Made by a program: the position numbers and the translations under genes. Shown here piece by piece: positions 55,823-63,600 of a stretch of DNA of 63,600 bases. The first letter of the stretch is position 1. Each line of letters opens with the position of its first letter. This DNA is from a virus (taxonomy: Duplodnaviria; Caudoviricetes), in the IMG/VR virus record IMGVR_UViG_3300011430_000011, positions 1 through 63,600 of that record; one strand, written 5' to 3'. The notes below the pieces were generated by a model. That model saw only the letters and a program-made list of their open reading frames with translations, was not told the origin of the DNA and did not search any database.

Positions 55823-57169
55823 TCAGTCGGACGGAGGGGTAGCGGAGGGAGCATTCACCGACTCCCCTCCATCCGACGTCGCTCCGCCGCTGCTCGTCGA
55901 CGAAGATTGAATTCTTGGATTTGTACCACGAGGCGGAAGTTTCTTTTGCTTTCTGAGTGTGTCCTCAAGCTCGTCATCAGCAATCAGGACACCAGCATCG
56001 ACGAGCGCTACCAAGTCTACTGTTGGGAGTGCTTCATCGACTTGCTTGTCGTAGACGAGCAGGGGGACGAGCGGATCTTCAGGACCGTAGTTCCAGTCCC
56101 AGTAATCCTCGATGAAGTATGCCTGTGTAGTGTCGCGATACCAGTTGGCGATAGCTTCCTGGCCCAGCGAGAAGAAATCGCTGAAGACTTCACCGAGAGA
56201 GTACGACCCAAGTGTCGTACCACCTTGAGCCAACATCGCGACCATCATCAGGACTCTTCTGGCCATCGCCTCATCGTGATAGCGGATAGAGGCGATCACA
56301 TCACTTCCGCTACTTCTGATCTGATTCCAGGTAGTACCGGGAGGAAGTGCTCCTCCTGCGTCCTCACCAACTCTGATCCTTGAGGCGAGTGCTGCCAGAG
56401 CATCGACATCATCCTGATTCGCATCATCAGCGGCAGTCGGCATAGGAATTCCACCGGCGCGCTCGTGATTGATGGCATCGATACGAAGGAGTCTGTCTTT
56501 GATGAGCCAGTTCTTGTAACACTCTCTGAACAAGCTCCTTCCAACCCAGTTACCGCCATCTCCGTCCCAGACATAGGCGACAAGGTTGTCAACAGGGATC
56601 TCCTTTGCCTTCGGATCCCACTGCTTGATCGAGACCAAACCCCCATCGGGAGCTACATTGATCTGCTGAATGGTCTCTGGCATTCTCTCACGAAGATGCT
56701 TGAGAGTCCAGAGACTATCCAGATCAATGAATCCGATGTCTTCGAAGAACATGTGACCGTAGAAGAGCGCGAGTAATGAGCGACGTAGGTGCGCATCGTG
56801 ACTGAAACGGTCTTTCATACGCCCGCGCGGGAGTGGCTCCTCGTCTTTGATGTCCAGGTTCATGTTATTAGCAAGTCTCTGAACTCTGTCAGGGCTCGCT
56901 CCGTTGGCATCAATCAGCCACTTGTAGCGTCGAATCGGCATTGTGATCCCAAAGAACAGAGCCGCGATCTGTGCATCAGTCCTCATCTCGTTGTATACTC
57001 GTACAGAGTTCGGCCAAGTGATGTCAGGGACATACTCCTTGGTGTCTACGTAGGCGGACCAAGCAGGAGTAGCTCCACCGAAGCCACCGCCCATCACAGT
57101 ACCCATCGTCCCCAATTCATTGACTGGAGGCTTAGAGCCTGCTGTGGTTGTGATTCTTGGCCTAGCCAC
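55823..57169 (-). CDS. Portal protein (DUF935/Mu gp29-like)
   Basis: M..DAQ; YG....E; G.SL.R.CY..W..K; I.YHD. Confidence 0.9.
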   Translation of the reverse strand: MARPRITTTAGSKPPVNELGTMGTVMGGGFGGATPAWSAYVDTKEYVPDITWPNSVRVYNEMRTDAQIAALFFGITMPIRRYKWLIDANGASPDRVQRLANNMNLDIKDEEPLPRGRMKDRFSHDAHLRRSLLALFYGHMFFEDIGFIDLDSLWTLKHLRERMPETIQQINVAPDGGLVSIKQWDPKAKEIPVDNLVAYVWDGDGGNWVGRSLFRECYKNWLIKDRLLRIDAINHERAGGIPMPTAADDANQDDVDALAALASRIRVGEDAGGALPPGTTWNQIRSSGSDVIASIRYHDEAMARRVLMMVAMLAQGGTTLGSYSLGEVFSDFFSLGQEAIANWYRDTTQAYFIEDYWDWNYGPEDPLVPLLVYDKQVDEALPTVDLVALVDAGVLIADDELEDTLRKQKKLPPRGTNPRIQSSSTSSGGATSDGGESVNAPSATPPSD

Positions 57170-57380
57170 GCTTCTTCACTCCAATATTAGGCTCAACCTG
57201 AGGAATGAGAGCTCCCAGTCCCAGATATCCCCCGAAAGTTCCGACAGCAGCATAAACCAGATCAACCCATTCAGCTGATGTCAGACCTTCACCGATGCTG
57301 GCCTTCAAAACAGCAAGTACCGCGAGTGCTGCCGCCACGGTGGCTCTAAGCACGTATCTGACTCTGACTGAGTCCATCAC
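57162..57380 (-). CDS. Holin
   Basis: Two TM helices, G.T..EW; follows endolysin. Confidence 0.75.
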   Translation of the reverse strand: MMDSVRVRYVLRATVAAALAVLAVLKASIGEGLTSAEWVDLVYAAVGTFGGYLGLGALIPQVEPNIGVKKRG

Positions 57381-58207
57381 AGTTCTCTCTTTCCTTCGTG
57401 GATGTGTGAAGAGCTTGTTGGCATCCCAGCAACCGCTGCATCACAGATCGTGCCAATCAGCTGACCCTTCTTGACCTCCTGGTTCAGAGAGATAGCTCTT
57501 GAACCGAAGTGAGTCAGATAGTAGTCAGCATGGTCTGCGACGATATACATGCTCCATCCGTAGGCTGAACCCGGAACACCGCCCTCAATCGGATCTCGAC
57601 CTGACAGTCTCCTGACTGAACCGTCAGAGGGGCAGAGGACTTTCTGTCCGGCTTTGCCGAAGACATCTATGGCAGGATATCCGTCCAGACCGGCAGTCAT
57701 GTGAGTCGCTGTGAAATTGGTCGGAAGCTGAATCGCTGTGGGGTCTGGATGCGGCTCAGGAAGAGTTGAAGGGTGCCAGATCTTGTATGCCTCATTGATC
57801 AAACTGATAGCAACAGAGTCCATTGCCATCTGTCCTTCATTTGGCCCTGTGGGTACTCTGATCGAGCGAAGCAAGTTAAATGTACTTGCTCCAATCCATC
57901 CTGTCGGCTCGATTCCTTGCTGCCGCTGAACGCCCGCAACGCCAGAATCTTTGACCATTCCCGTACCTCGGCCGTGTGAAAACTTGTTGTTGAAATATTC
58001 GTCCCAGTTATCAGGATCCCATGGCAGCCAGCGTTGGGCACGACAGACTGTGCGCTTGTACGCCATCACATCAGGTCCTGGTGGAGAGGGTGCCTTATTC
58101 TCGTCAACAGCGTCTGGTGGATAAAGTGATCGTGGGAAACCGTCCACCACAACCATCGGACCACCCTTATACGGCTCTTCGTACCATTCCATCTTTGCTC
58201 CCTTCAC
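57377..58207 (-). CDS. Endolysin: PG-binding domain plus M23 peptidase
   Basis: GPDV....VQR..GI..TG.IG..T...L; H..G....D; H; HIH. Confidence 0.8.
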   Translation of the reverse strand: MKGAKMEWYEEPYKGGPMVVVDGFPRSLYPPDAVDENKAPSPPGPDVMAYKRTVCRAQRWLPWDPDNWDEYFNNKFSHGRGTGMVKDSGVAGVQRQQGIEPTGWIGASTFNLLRSIRVPTGPNEGQMAMDSVAISLINEAYKIWHPSTLPEPHPDPTAIQLPTNFTATHMTAGLDGYPAIDVFGKAGQKVLCPSDGSVRRLSGRDPIEGGVPGSAYGWSMYIVADHADYYLTHFGSRAISLNQEVKKGQLIGTICDAAVAGMPTSSSHIHEGKREL

Positions 58208-59760
58208 ATGACCATGTCTAGAAGGTCACCGGCGATTGAATTGTTCTTTTTCTTTCCTCCGAGCTTGTGCTCGTCTTCCTTGATTGAACCACGCTTGACG
58301 ATGCTAAGGACACAAGCGTCAGCACGGTCTGGGGACGGCAATCCCCTATCCCTCATGTCGTCCTTACTCTCGATCACAATCTGCCCGGCGTCGTTCTCCC
58401 ACCACTTGATGGAGCCTAGCTGATTGATCAGAAGCTCGTCATCAGGGTCTAGATCGATCAAACCGTCATCCATCAGCACTCTGAAGGTCCAATAGATCTC
58501 TGCGCGACGATTGCGGAATCGCTTCGCATTTCTAGGCTTCTCAGAACCGTAAATCGCTCTGACATTAAGCCCTCGGTGCTTGAGCTTGTCGAAAACACCA
58601 GCACCTACGCCAATGGCGTCGATATTGGCTGCGAGCTTCTTAGCACCATGACTTCTAAGAATCTTCTCGATTCTATCAGCACTTTCTTCAGTATCGAGCT
58701 TTGCCCAGTCATCTTCAAGTCTGATATGGAAGCCACGATTTCGATAGACCACGCTGCGATCTGTGCCGAATCGAGCGATGTCTACACCATACTGGCCAGG
58801 CTCGAGGCCCGGCTGCTGGCAAGCAATCGCCTTCTTGATCATTCTAGGACTGAGTAGAGTATCATCGGTGACCTCTGGAAATTCAGCCTCGATCTTTCCT
58901 TGCCAGCTAGGAGAGCCAATCCCCCAGTCCTTAGCACGATCTTTGACCCAGTTAGGGGATATTAGTTCCTTACTGATGTCTTCAGGAACTGATTCCTCTG
59001 GTCCTATGCGTACTCGCTCGAAGAGCTCGCAGACAGCCTGGGTGAAGTTCGGAGTGCACCAGGCCGGAATTGTGATGACATTCCATCCTGATCCTGGCTT
59101 ACACACTTCAGCGAAGTGTGAACTGGGGTCTTCAGGGTTTCCGATAGCGATTACACGACTGTCGTCGTTGGTGGTAATTGACAAGATTGCATCGAAGAGT
59201 TGTTTGGGAACTCCGTTAGCCTCGTCGATCACCCCGAGCACATAGCGTGCGTGGATTCCCTGAAGAGAGTCTTCATCGTAATCAGCAGGCTTCCGACCCA
59301 TAGCAATGAGTTCCTCAGTGCTATCTCCGATCTTCCGTTTAGCGTGAGCTTCTGCCATGTGCCACTGACAATCTCCCGCGATACGACCTGGCAGCTTACC
59401 CTTCGAGTGAACCCTCTTGAGGTAGCGCCACAGGATCGCTTCAATCTGTGGCCAGCTGGGCGCGGTAGTGAGTGAGAATGCACTGCCCAGCTTGTGTACT
59501 CGCGGATCCATCCACCAACCAATTGCGCGACTGACGATAAAGCTCTTCCCGCTCGCGTGGCAGCTCTTGACTGCTGTTTGCTTATGATCTCTGATGGACT
59601 CTATGACCTCGAGCTGTTTCGACCAGATGAACTCTCCGAGGACATCTTCCATCCACATCTTTGGATTCTCGAGGTACATACTAGAGCGCGGATAGAGCCT
59701 ATCAGCAGCATTCTGCCCTGTTCCCGGTGGAAGACCTGGGCGGGAAGTTATGACTGACAT
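58204..59760 (-). CDS. terL: Terminase large subunit
   Basis: SCHASGKS; IDEA; IGNP; GVDIARFG.D; SPDRADA. Confidence 0.95.
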   Translation of the reverse strand: MSVITSRPGLPPGTGQNAADRLYPRSSMYLENPKMWMEDVLGEFIWSKQLEVIESIRDHKQTAVKSCHASGKSFIVSRAIGWWMDPRVHKLGSAFSLTTAPSWPQIEAILWRYLKRVHSKGKLPGRIAGDCQWHMAEAHAKRKIGDSTEELIAMGRKPADYDEDSLQGIHARYVLGVIDEANGVPKQLFDAILSITTNDDSRVIAIGNPEDPSSHFAEVCKPGSGWNVITIPAWCTPNFTQAVCELFERVRIGPEESVPEDISKELISPNWVKDRAKDWGIGSPSWQGKIEAEFPEVTDDTLLSPRMIKKAIACQQPGLEPGQYGVDIARFGTDRSVVYRNRGFHIRLEDDWAKLDTEESADRIEKILRSHGAKKLAANIDAIGVGAGVFDKLKHRGLNVRAIYGSEKPRNAKRFRNRRAEIYWTFRVLMDDGLIDLDPDDELLINQLGSIKWWENDAGQIVIESKDDMRDRGLPSPDRADACVLSIVKRGSIKEDEHKLGGKKKNNSIAGDLLDMVM

Positions 59761-59972
59761 GGCTCTAGAATCCCCTTGTGGTAGGCGAGCGCTACCGCGT
59801 GGGAGCTGTTCCTTGCACCGAGAGCTCTCATTGCACTCCTGCGACGAGATTTGATCGTGTCAGGACCAACATGGCTCTCAGCGCACGACTCAGCAATTGA
59901 CAGACCTTCCGCCAGCTGTAGCAACGCTCCAAGCTCTAGCTCAGAGAGACCCTTCTTAGTTTCAGTAGCGAT
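59748..59972 (-). CDS. LuxR-type HTH protein (probable ATC start)
   Basis: LS..E...L...AEG.....A.......TIK........LGA.N...AVA.A...G. Confidence 0.8.
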   Translation of the reverse strand: MATETKKGLSELELGALLQLAEGLSIAESCAESHVGPDTIKSRRRSAMRALGARNSSHAVALAYHKGILEPCQS

Positions 59973-60268
59973 CAGAAGTCTCCTGTACTCGTCTCTGGAT
60001 CGACATTCGGTGTGGTGTCGTCGGGGTTGTGACCTACGATACGTCTGAATGATCTTGTCGCTGCTGGGAAAATGGGTACGAGGCTGTCCTTCTTGGTGAC
60101 GTACAGATCCATTGGGCCCGGATCGAAGGCGTTGCAGTTCAGACAGTAGCGTGCGTTGGGTTTCGGGTCTCCTGTGCCTGCCTGCTGGACTGCTACCCAC
60201 TCGTGTGTGCCGTCAAGTTCCCGCTCTGTGCAAGGGGTGAGCGGGTCACCCATCCTGATGCTACTCAT
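59972..60268 (-). CDS. Hypothetical Zn-binding protein
   Basis: C...H.W...CLNC. Confidence 0.6.
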   Translation of the reverse strand: MSSIRMGDPLTPCTERELDGTHEWVAVQQAGTGDPKPNARYCLNCNAFDPGPMDLYVTKKDSLVPIFPAATRSFRRIVGHNPDDTTPNVDPETSTGDF

Positions 60269-60560
60269 GAGATCACGCTGTCAGCTCGACCTTCAGCTCT
60301 TCGTCGAAGAGCAGCAGTCGAGCAAAGTATCTAGTACGACCATGCTCCAGCGCTAGGGAGACACCCAGGAGACAACAACCTAGCTGATCAGCTAGTTGTT
60401 CGGCTCTTGCTCTCGCTTTACTCCAGTCATTCCGGTTCATGATCATCTTTACTACCCTCCTTCGGCTCTGTTTGGTACCTTCTGGAGATCTATGGACTTG
60501 GCTGTTAGACTCTTGGTGGCCGAGGACACCCTCCGCACTCACCGTAGAGTCATTGTGCTG

Positions 60561-60773
60561 CTACTCTTTCTCGAAGGTGACTGTGTACGCCTGTCCCTCT
60601 TCGAACTGATCAGCAGCTAGCTCGTTCTTGATGGTCAAACGAATCATGCCTGCGGGTGTCGCTGCAGCCCACTCGGCATTACGGCCTTCGCCGTAATCAG
60701 GAACTAGCTCAACTTCGTGAGCCCAGTTCATATTCGACTTTCTTGCCACCTTGAACTTCGCTGTCACAGCCAT
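60561..60773 (-). CDS. Small conserved phage protein (N..WA.ATP.G.I...I.N)
   Basis: Recognisable motif; GAGGAG RBS. Confidence 0.75.
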   Translation of the reverse strand: MAVTAKFKVARKSNMNWAHEVELVPDYGEGRNAEWAAATPAGMIRLTIKNELAADQFEEGQAYTVTFEKE

Positions 60774-60824
60774 TCCATTACTCCTCTCTTGGTTGACGGT
60801 GGTGAAGCCTAGCTGAGCGGTCGG

Positions 60825-60992
60825 CTAGCGTGCGCCAGCCCGCTGTCTGAGCTGTTTGCGCTTGGTCATGTGGTAGAACCCGCAATACATGCAGAGGTAT
60901 AGTCCGCGGTACACACCTGGCTTGAGGTCTCCTGCTGCTTTACCGGCGTCGAGGTACTTCTTCTTCCCGGTCTTTTCGCATCGCTTAGCCAT
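60825..60992 (-). CDS. Small Zn-finger protein, 55 aa
   Basis: C..GKKKY...YLC.YC.FYH.T. Confidence 0.65.
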   Translation of the reverse strand: MAKRCEKTGKKKYLDAGKAAGDLKPGVYRGLYLCMYCGFYHMTKRKQLRQRAGAR

Positions 60993-61959
60993 GCTCGATG
61001 ACTGGTAGACTCGGGTCGCCGAGTTGTGGCTGGGTGTTGTCGAGCATCATCAACTTCTGTGGTACGATGATCGCTGCCTGATCACGGAGCTTGTTGCGTA
61101 GGGTCTGTGGAATATTCGGGTTGTCCCAGATTAGGGTTGTTAGGATGCCCTCCACAAGTCTACTGATTAGTTCTCCGTACATCTCGGCAGCTCGCACTAG
61201 ACGTTCATTCAGCCCGACATCGAGCGCCATCTTGGCGTGCTTCGCTAGCCGCTCTTGAGCCTGCTCGTACTTCTTGGCAGCGAGCACGAGCTGCTGCCCC
61301 ATGATGGTCTCTTCGGCGTACCACGGGTTGTCGTCTGTATTTGTAACGGTAGCCGTTTTACTCTTACCGTTGGTCTGTTCGTGGATTGTCTGCAAGCGCA
61401 CAACCTCTTGACGCCAATAAAGTGTGTCTCCTGCCGACATCCGTATCAGCCACAAGAGCGCATTTAACGGGTCGATCTCGAATTCTGCTCCTAGTAGTCG
61501 GTTCAGCTCGTCGTTCCAACTCTTTCTGAGGTGCGTCGGAGCATTTCCCCCATGGTATTTGCACCGTCCTGTTCCGGGGTGAGGCGTTCCCCACCCTGGC
61601 GGCATACCGCAAGCTCCGCCTCCGTTCTTTGCCCTCTTCTTGGCCCCACAGATTTCACCTACCATTCTCGCTGCTCCCTTCGGCTTTCTTACTTCATAGA
61701 ATGTTGGGCGATTCTCCATGCTTTCAGGATTGTCCGGGTCCTTCCAGCGTTCTGGTCCGTATGGCCCGTTTTCTTTCGTGCTCTTTTTCTTGATTTTGAT
61801 GCTGGGGAGAGTCCTGGTTTTTGGCCGCGAGGCTTTTATTCTTTCACGTTTGCGGTTCTTTCGATTGTTTCGTAGAGCGTTATCCGATTTTGTTAGATTT
61901 TCTTGTTGTTCCTTTGTTGGATTTTTAATTTTCTGTCCGGGACCGAGGCTGTTGGGCAT
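60985..61959 (-). CDS. Terminase small subunit-like protein (HGGxSTG-type Zn motif)
   Basis: CGAK......C....GWGT.H.G.GRCKYHGG; AAGGGAG RBS; first late gene. Confidence 0.75.
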   Translation of the reverse strand: MPNSLGPGQKIKNPTKEQQENLTKSDNALRNNRKNRKRERIKASRPKTRTLPSIKIKKKSTKENGPYGPERWKDPDNPESMENRPTFYEVRKPKGAARMVGEICGAKKRAKNGGGACGMPPGWGTPHPGTGRCKYHGGNAPTHLRKSWNDELNRLLGAEFEIDPLNALLWLIRMSAGDTLYWRQEVVRLQTIHEQTNGKSKTATVTNTDDNPWYAEETIMGQQLVLAAKKYEQAQERLAKHAKMALDVGLNERLVRAAEMYGELISRLVEGILTTLIWDNPNIPQTLRNKLRDQAAIIVPQKLMMLDNTQPQLGDPSLPVIEHG

Positions 61960-62080
61960 TGTCTTGCTCCCTTCTCTTCGTAACAGGGTACTGTAGCTCA
62001 TCTATATTGATGTGCAAAATGCGAGTAATTTACCGAGAAGATAACAGAGCTCCAAAAGGATGGACGCGTGTCACACCGCA

Positions 62081-62908
62081 ATAGGGGACCCTTCGCGTAT
62101 TTTCGTAGCCTAACTAGTAAACGTTTACTAGGCGGTAAACGTAGCCTAACTAGTAAACGCGGCCGGTACCCCCTAAGGGTACCCGCAAACATCCTAGCCG
62201 GGGGTTCGAGGGTATACCGTAGAGCCCTACGTTTTCCCCGCTAATAGGGGCTTTTTACCGCCCCGTCGGGCTATACCCTCCCCCGGTATTCGGTCGGTAC
62301 CCCTTAGCCCGACGGGGCGTATACGAAGTTTACCGTTTAGGCTACGCCCGGCGGCCGTTTACCGCTTAGGCTACTAGTAGCCTAACTAGGCTACGGACCT
62401 TTACTACTTAGAAGTCGGTATAACCCCTTATACCCCCGGGGGGTAACCCCGCGGCTAAACTACCGGGGCGCGGCCGGAGTTACCTAACCGGCGGCGGCGG
62501 TAAGGGGTACCCGTAAGGGGTCCTAAAAATCCGGTCTAACTAAAGCGCGCTACGCGGCGGTCGCCCCCGCCTCCGGACTATAAGCCTAGCTACCCTAAGG
62601 GGACGGTATAACCTACCCCTAAGGAGGCACTAAGGTGCTAAGCTGCGACGCCGTAAGTAAGCCTACGGTACGCTACCTAAGACGGTACCGTAAAACAGCT
62701 ACGGCTAACGGCCCGGCGGGTAGTTCCTACCTAAGCCGGATCGTAAGCGGGGAGCGCTGCCTAAGTGAAGCCGTAGTAACTAAGACCATAAACGGCCATA
62801 CCGTAAGGCGCTGCCTAACCCACCTAAGTAGCTACGGGATCGGCCCGCAGTAAGCGGACCGTCCCCTTAGGGTAGCGGGGCTAGCCTAAAGGGACCTTTC
62901 GGGTAAGA
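62081..62908. other. CA/TG-depleted, palindrome-rich island (probable genome end or divergent control region)
   Basis: No CA or TG in 62081-62185, 62192-62627 or 62854-62908 by my reading. Confidence 0.85.
62635..62853 (+). CDS. 72-aa basic Cys/His protein with extreme codon choice
   Basis: AAGGAGG RBS, GTG start; all 6 Leu CTA, all 6 internal Val GTA. Confidence 0.65.
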   Translation: MLSCDAVSKPTVRYLRRYRKTATANGPAGSSYLSRIVSGERCLSEAVVTKTINGHTVRRCLTHLSSYGIGPQ

Positions 62909-62938
62909 CATCACCCACCCGAAAGAAAGGAGCCAATC

Positions 62939-63211
62939 ATGGCCCTGAAGATGACTCCCAGCGAGGCTGCCGAGGTAAAGCAGACGAGCGGCACCTACAT
63001 CGAGGCGCAGTACCGCGCACCGATCGAGCAGGCACTCAAGGAGAAAGCCGACCTCAAGCACATCGAGCTCGACTTCCCTGCCGTCCGCCCAGCTCACGTT
63101 CACTTCAAGCTGAAGCGACTTCTCAGCGAGGAGGACGCAAAGCAGGTCCGCGTCGGCAAGCACGAGACTCACGGCGTCTGCCTCATCTACATGAATGGCA
63201 CCGGCAGCTAG
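62939..63211 (+). CDS. Hypothetical early protein
   Basis: AAAGGAG RBS; normal codon usage. Confidence 0.8.
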   Translation: MALKMTPSEAAEVKQTSGTYIEAQYRAPIEQALKEKADLKHIELDFPAVRPAHVHFKLKRLLSEEDAKQVRVGKHETHGVCLIYMNGTGS

Positions 63212-63283
63212 CGACTAGCAACAGGGTAAGATACCAACGACGGTGTCTTACCCGAAGGGTCCCAAAGCGAAAAGCGAACAAAG

Positions 63284-63477
63284 CTCTGCTTCGTGAGGAG
63301 CTCTGGGTGGACATAGAGCGGGAACAGACCGGTAAGCCGGAATGGGAACGCGGCAAACCGTAAACCCCGACACCCGTCCCAGGGTAGCAGCGAACCATAA
63401 GCCGAAGCTGAAGGAGCTCAAGAGGCTGAGAGGTAGCAAAAAGCCAAGCGCAGCCCCGAGCTTCTCACCAAGCAGAG
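63284..63477 (+). ncRNA. Candidate structured RNA, 194 nt
   Basis: 63284-63303 pairs with 63458-63477 at 19 of 20 positions; internal hairpins. Confidence 0.5.
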
Positions 63478-63600
63478 ATCGAAAGGAGCCGAAAATGAAG
63501 AACGGCTTGCACTGGTAAGCAGAGAAACATGTCTCAACCCATGACACAACAGGATAAGTTAGACTTCCTGCAATCCGAAAAGCACCAAAACCACCGTACC

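Larger units (their letters stand above)
1..63600. mobile_element. Near-complete tailed phage genome (myovirus-like), circularly permuted
   Basis: Terminase, portal, capsid, sheath/tube, baseplate, replication and lysis genes present; early + strand ORFs at both window ends; no host housekeeping operons. Confidence 0.95.

Noticed and set aside
62081-62908. Fungal RIP-type mutation or contamination as the cause of CA/TG loss
   Set aside because: The region stays GC-rich, contains a bacterial RBS and ORF, and shares GGGACC(C/T)TTCG with flanking phage DNA; read-level checks are still advisable
63330-63430. c-di-GMP riboswitch (GGCAAACC) or hammerhead ribozyme (CTGAAGGA)
   Set aside because: The remaining conserved core nucleotides and helices could not be found
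1-63600. tRNAs, integrase/att site, reverse transcriptase/DGR, stop-codon reassignment
   Set aside because: None recognised; core genes are intact under the standard code

Overview
The window looks like a near-complete, circularly permuted genome of an apparently lytic contractile-tailed dsDNA phage. I found no integrase, repressor-like switch, tRNA or CRISPR array. An actinobacterial host is inferred from the Rpf-like and SLT-like motifs and the ThyX/DnaE gene set. The + strand (62635-63600, then 1-32171) carries many small early ORFs, an SNF2 helicase, a RuvC-like resolvase, a Cas4-like exonuclease, a Sak4-like ATPase, an SSB and a TOPRIM-primase/MCM-helicase fusion. It continues with a nucleotide-metabolism cluster (FAD oxidoreductase, NDT, MazG, HD, DUF1599-like), DnaE, a secreted Rpf-like protein, ThyX and GroES. 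The - strand (32187-61959) carries the terminases, a lysis pair, portal, an unusual block of fibre-like genes, and the capsid, sheath, tube, tape measure and baseplate genes. The most striking observation is an ~830 bp palindrome-dense island at the early/late divergence (62081-62908) that is almost free of CA and TG dinucleotides; it encodes a 72-aa gene whose Leu and Val codons are all CTA and GTA. Other notable signals are a second predicted -1 frameshift (G_GGA_AAC) in an early gene, two ~195-nt structured RNA candidates, a 22-bp G-U-compatible long-range stem around an early gene, and probable ATC start codons. All family calls come from motifs recognised by eye; no database searches were run.
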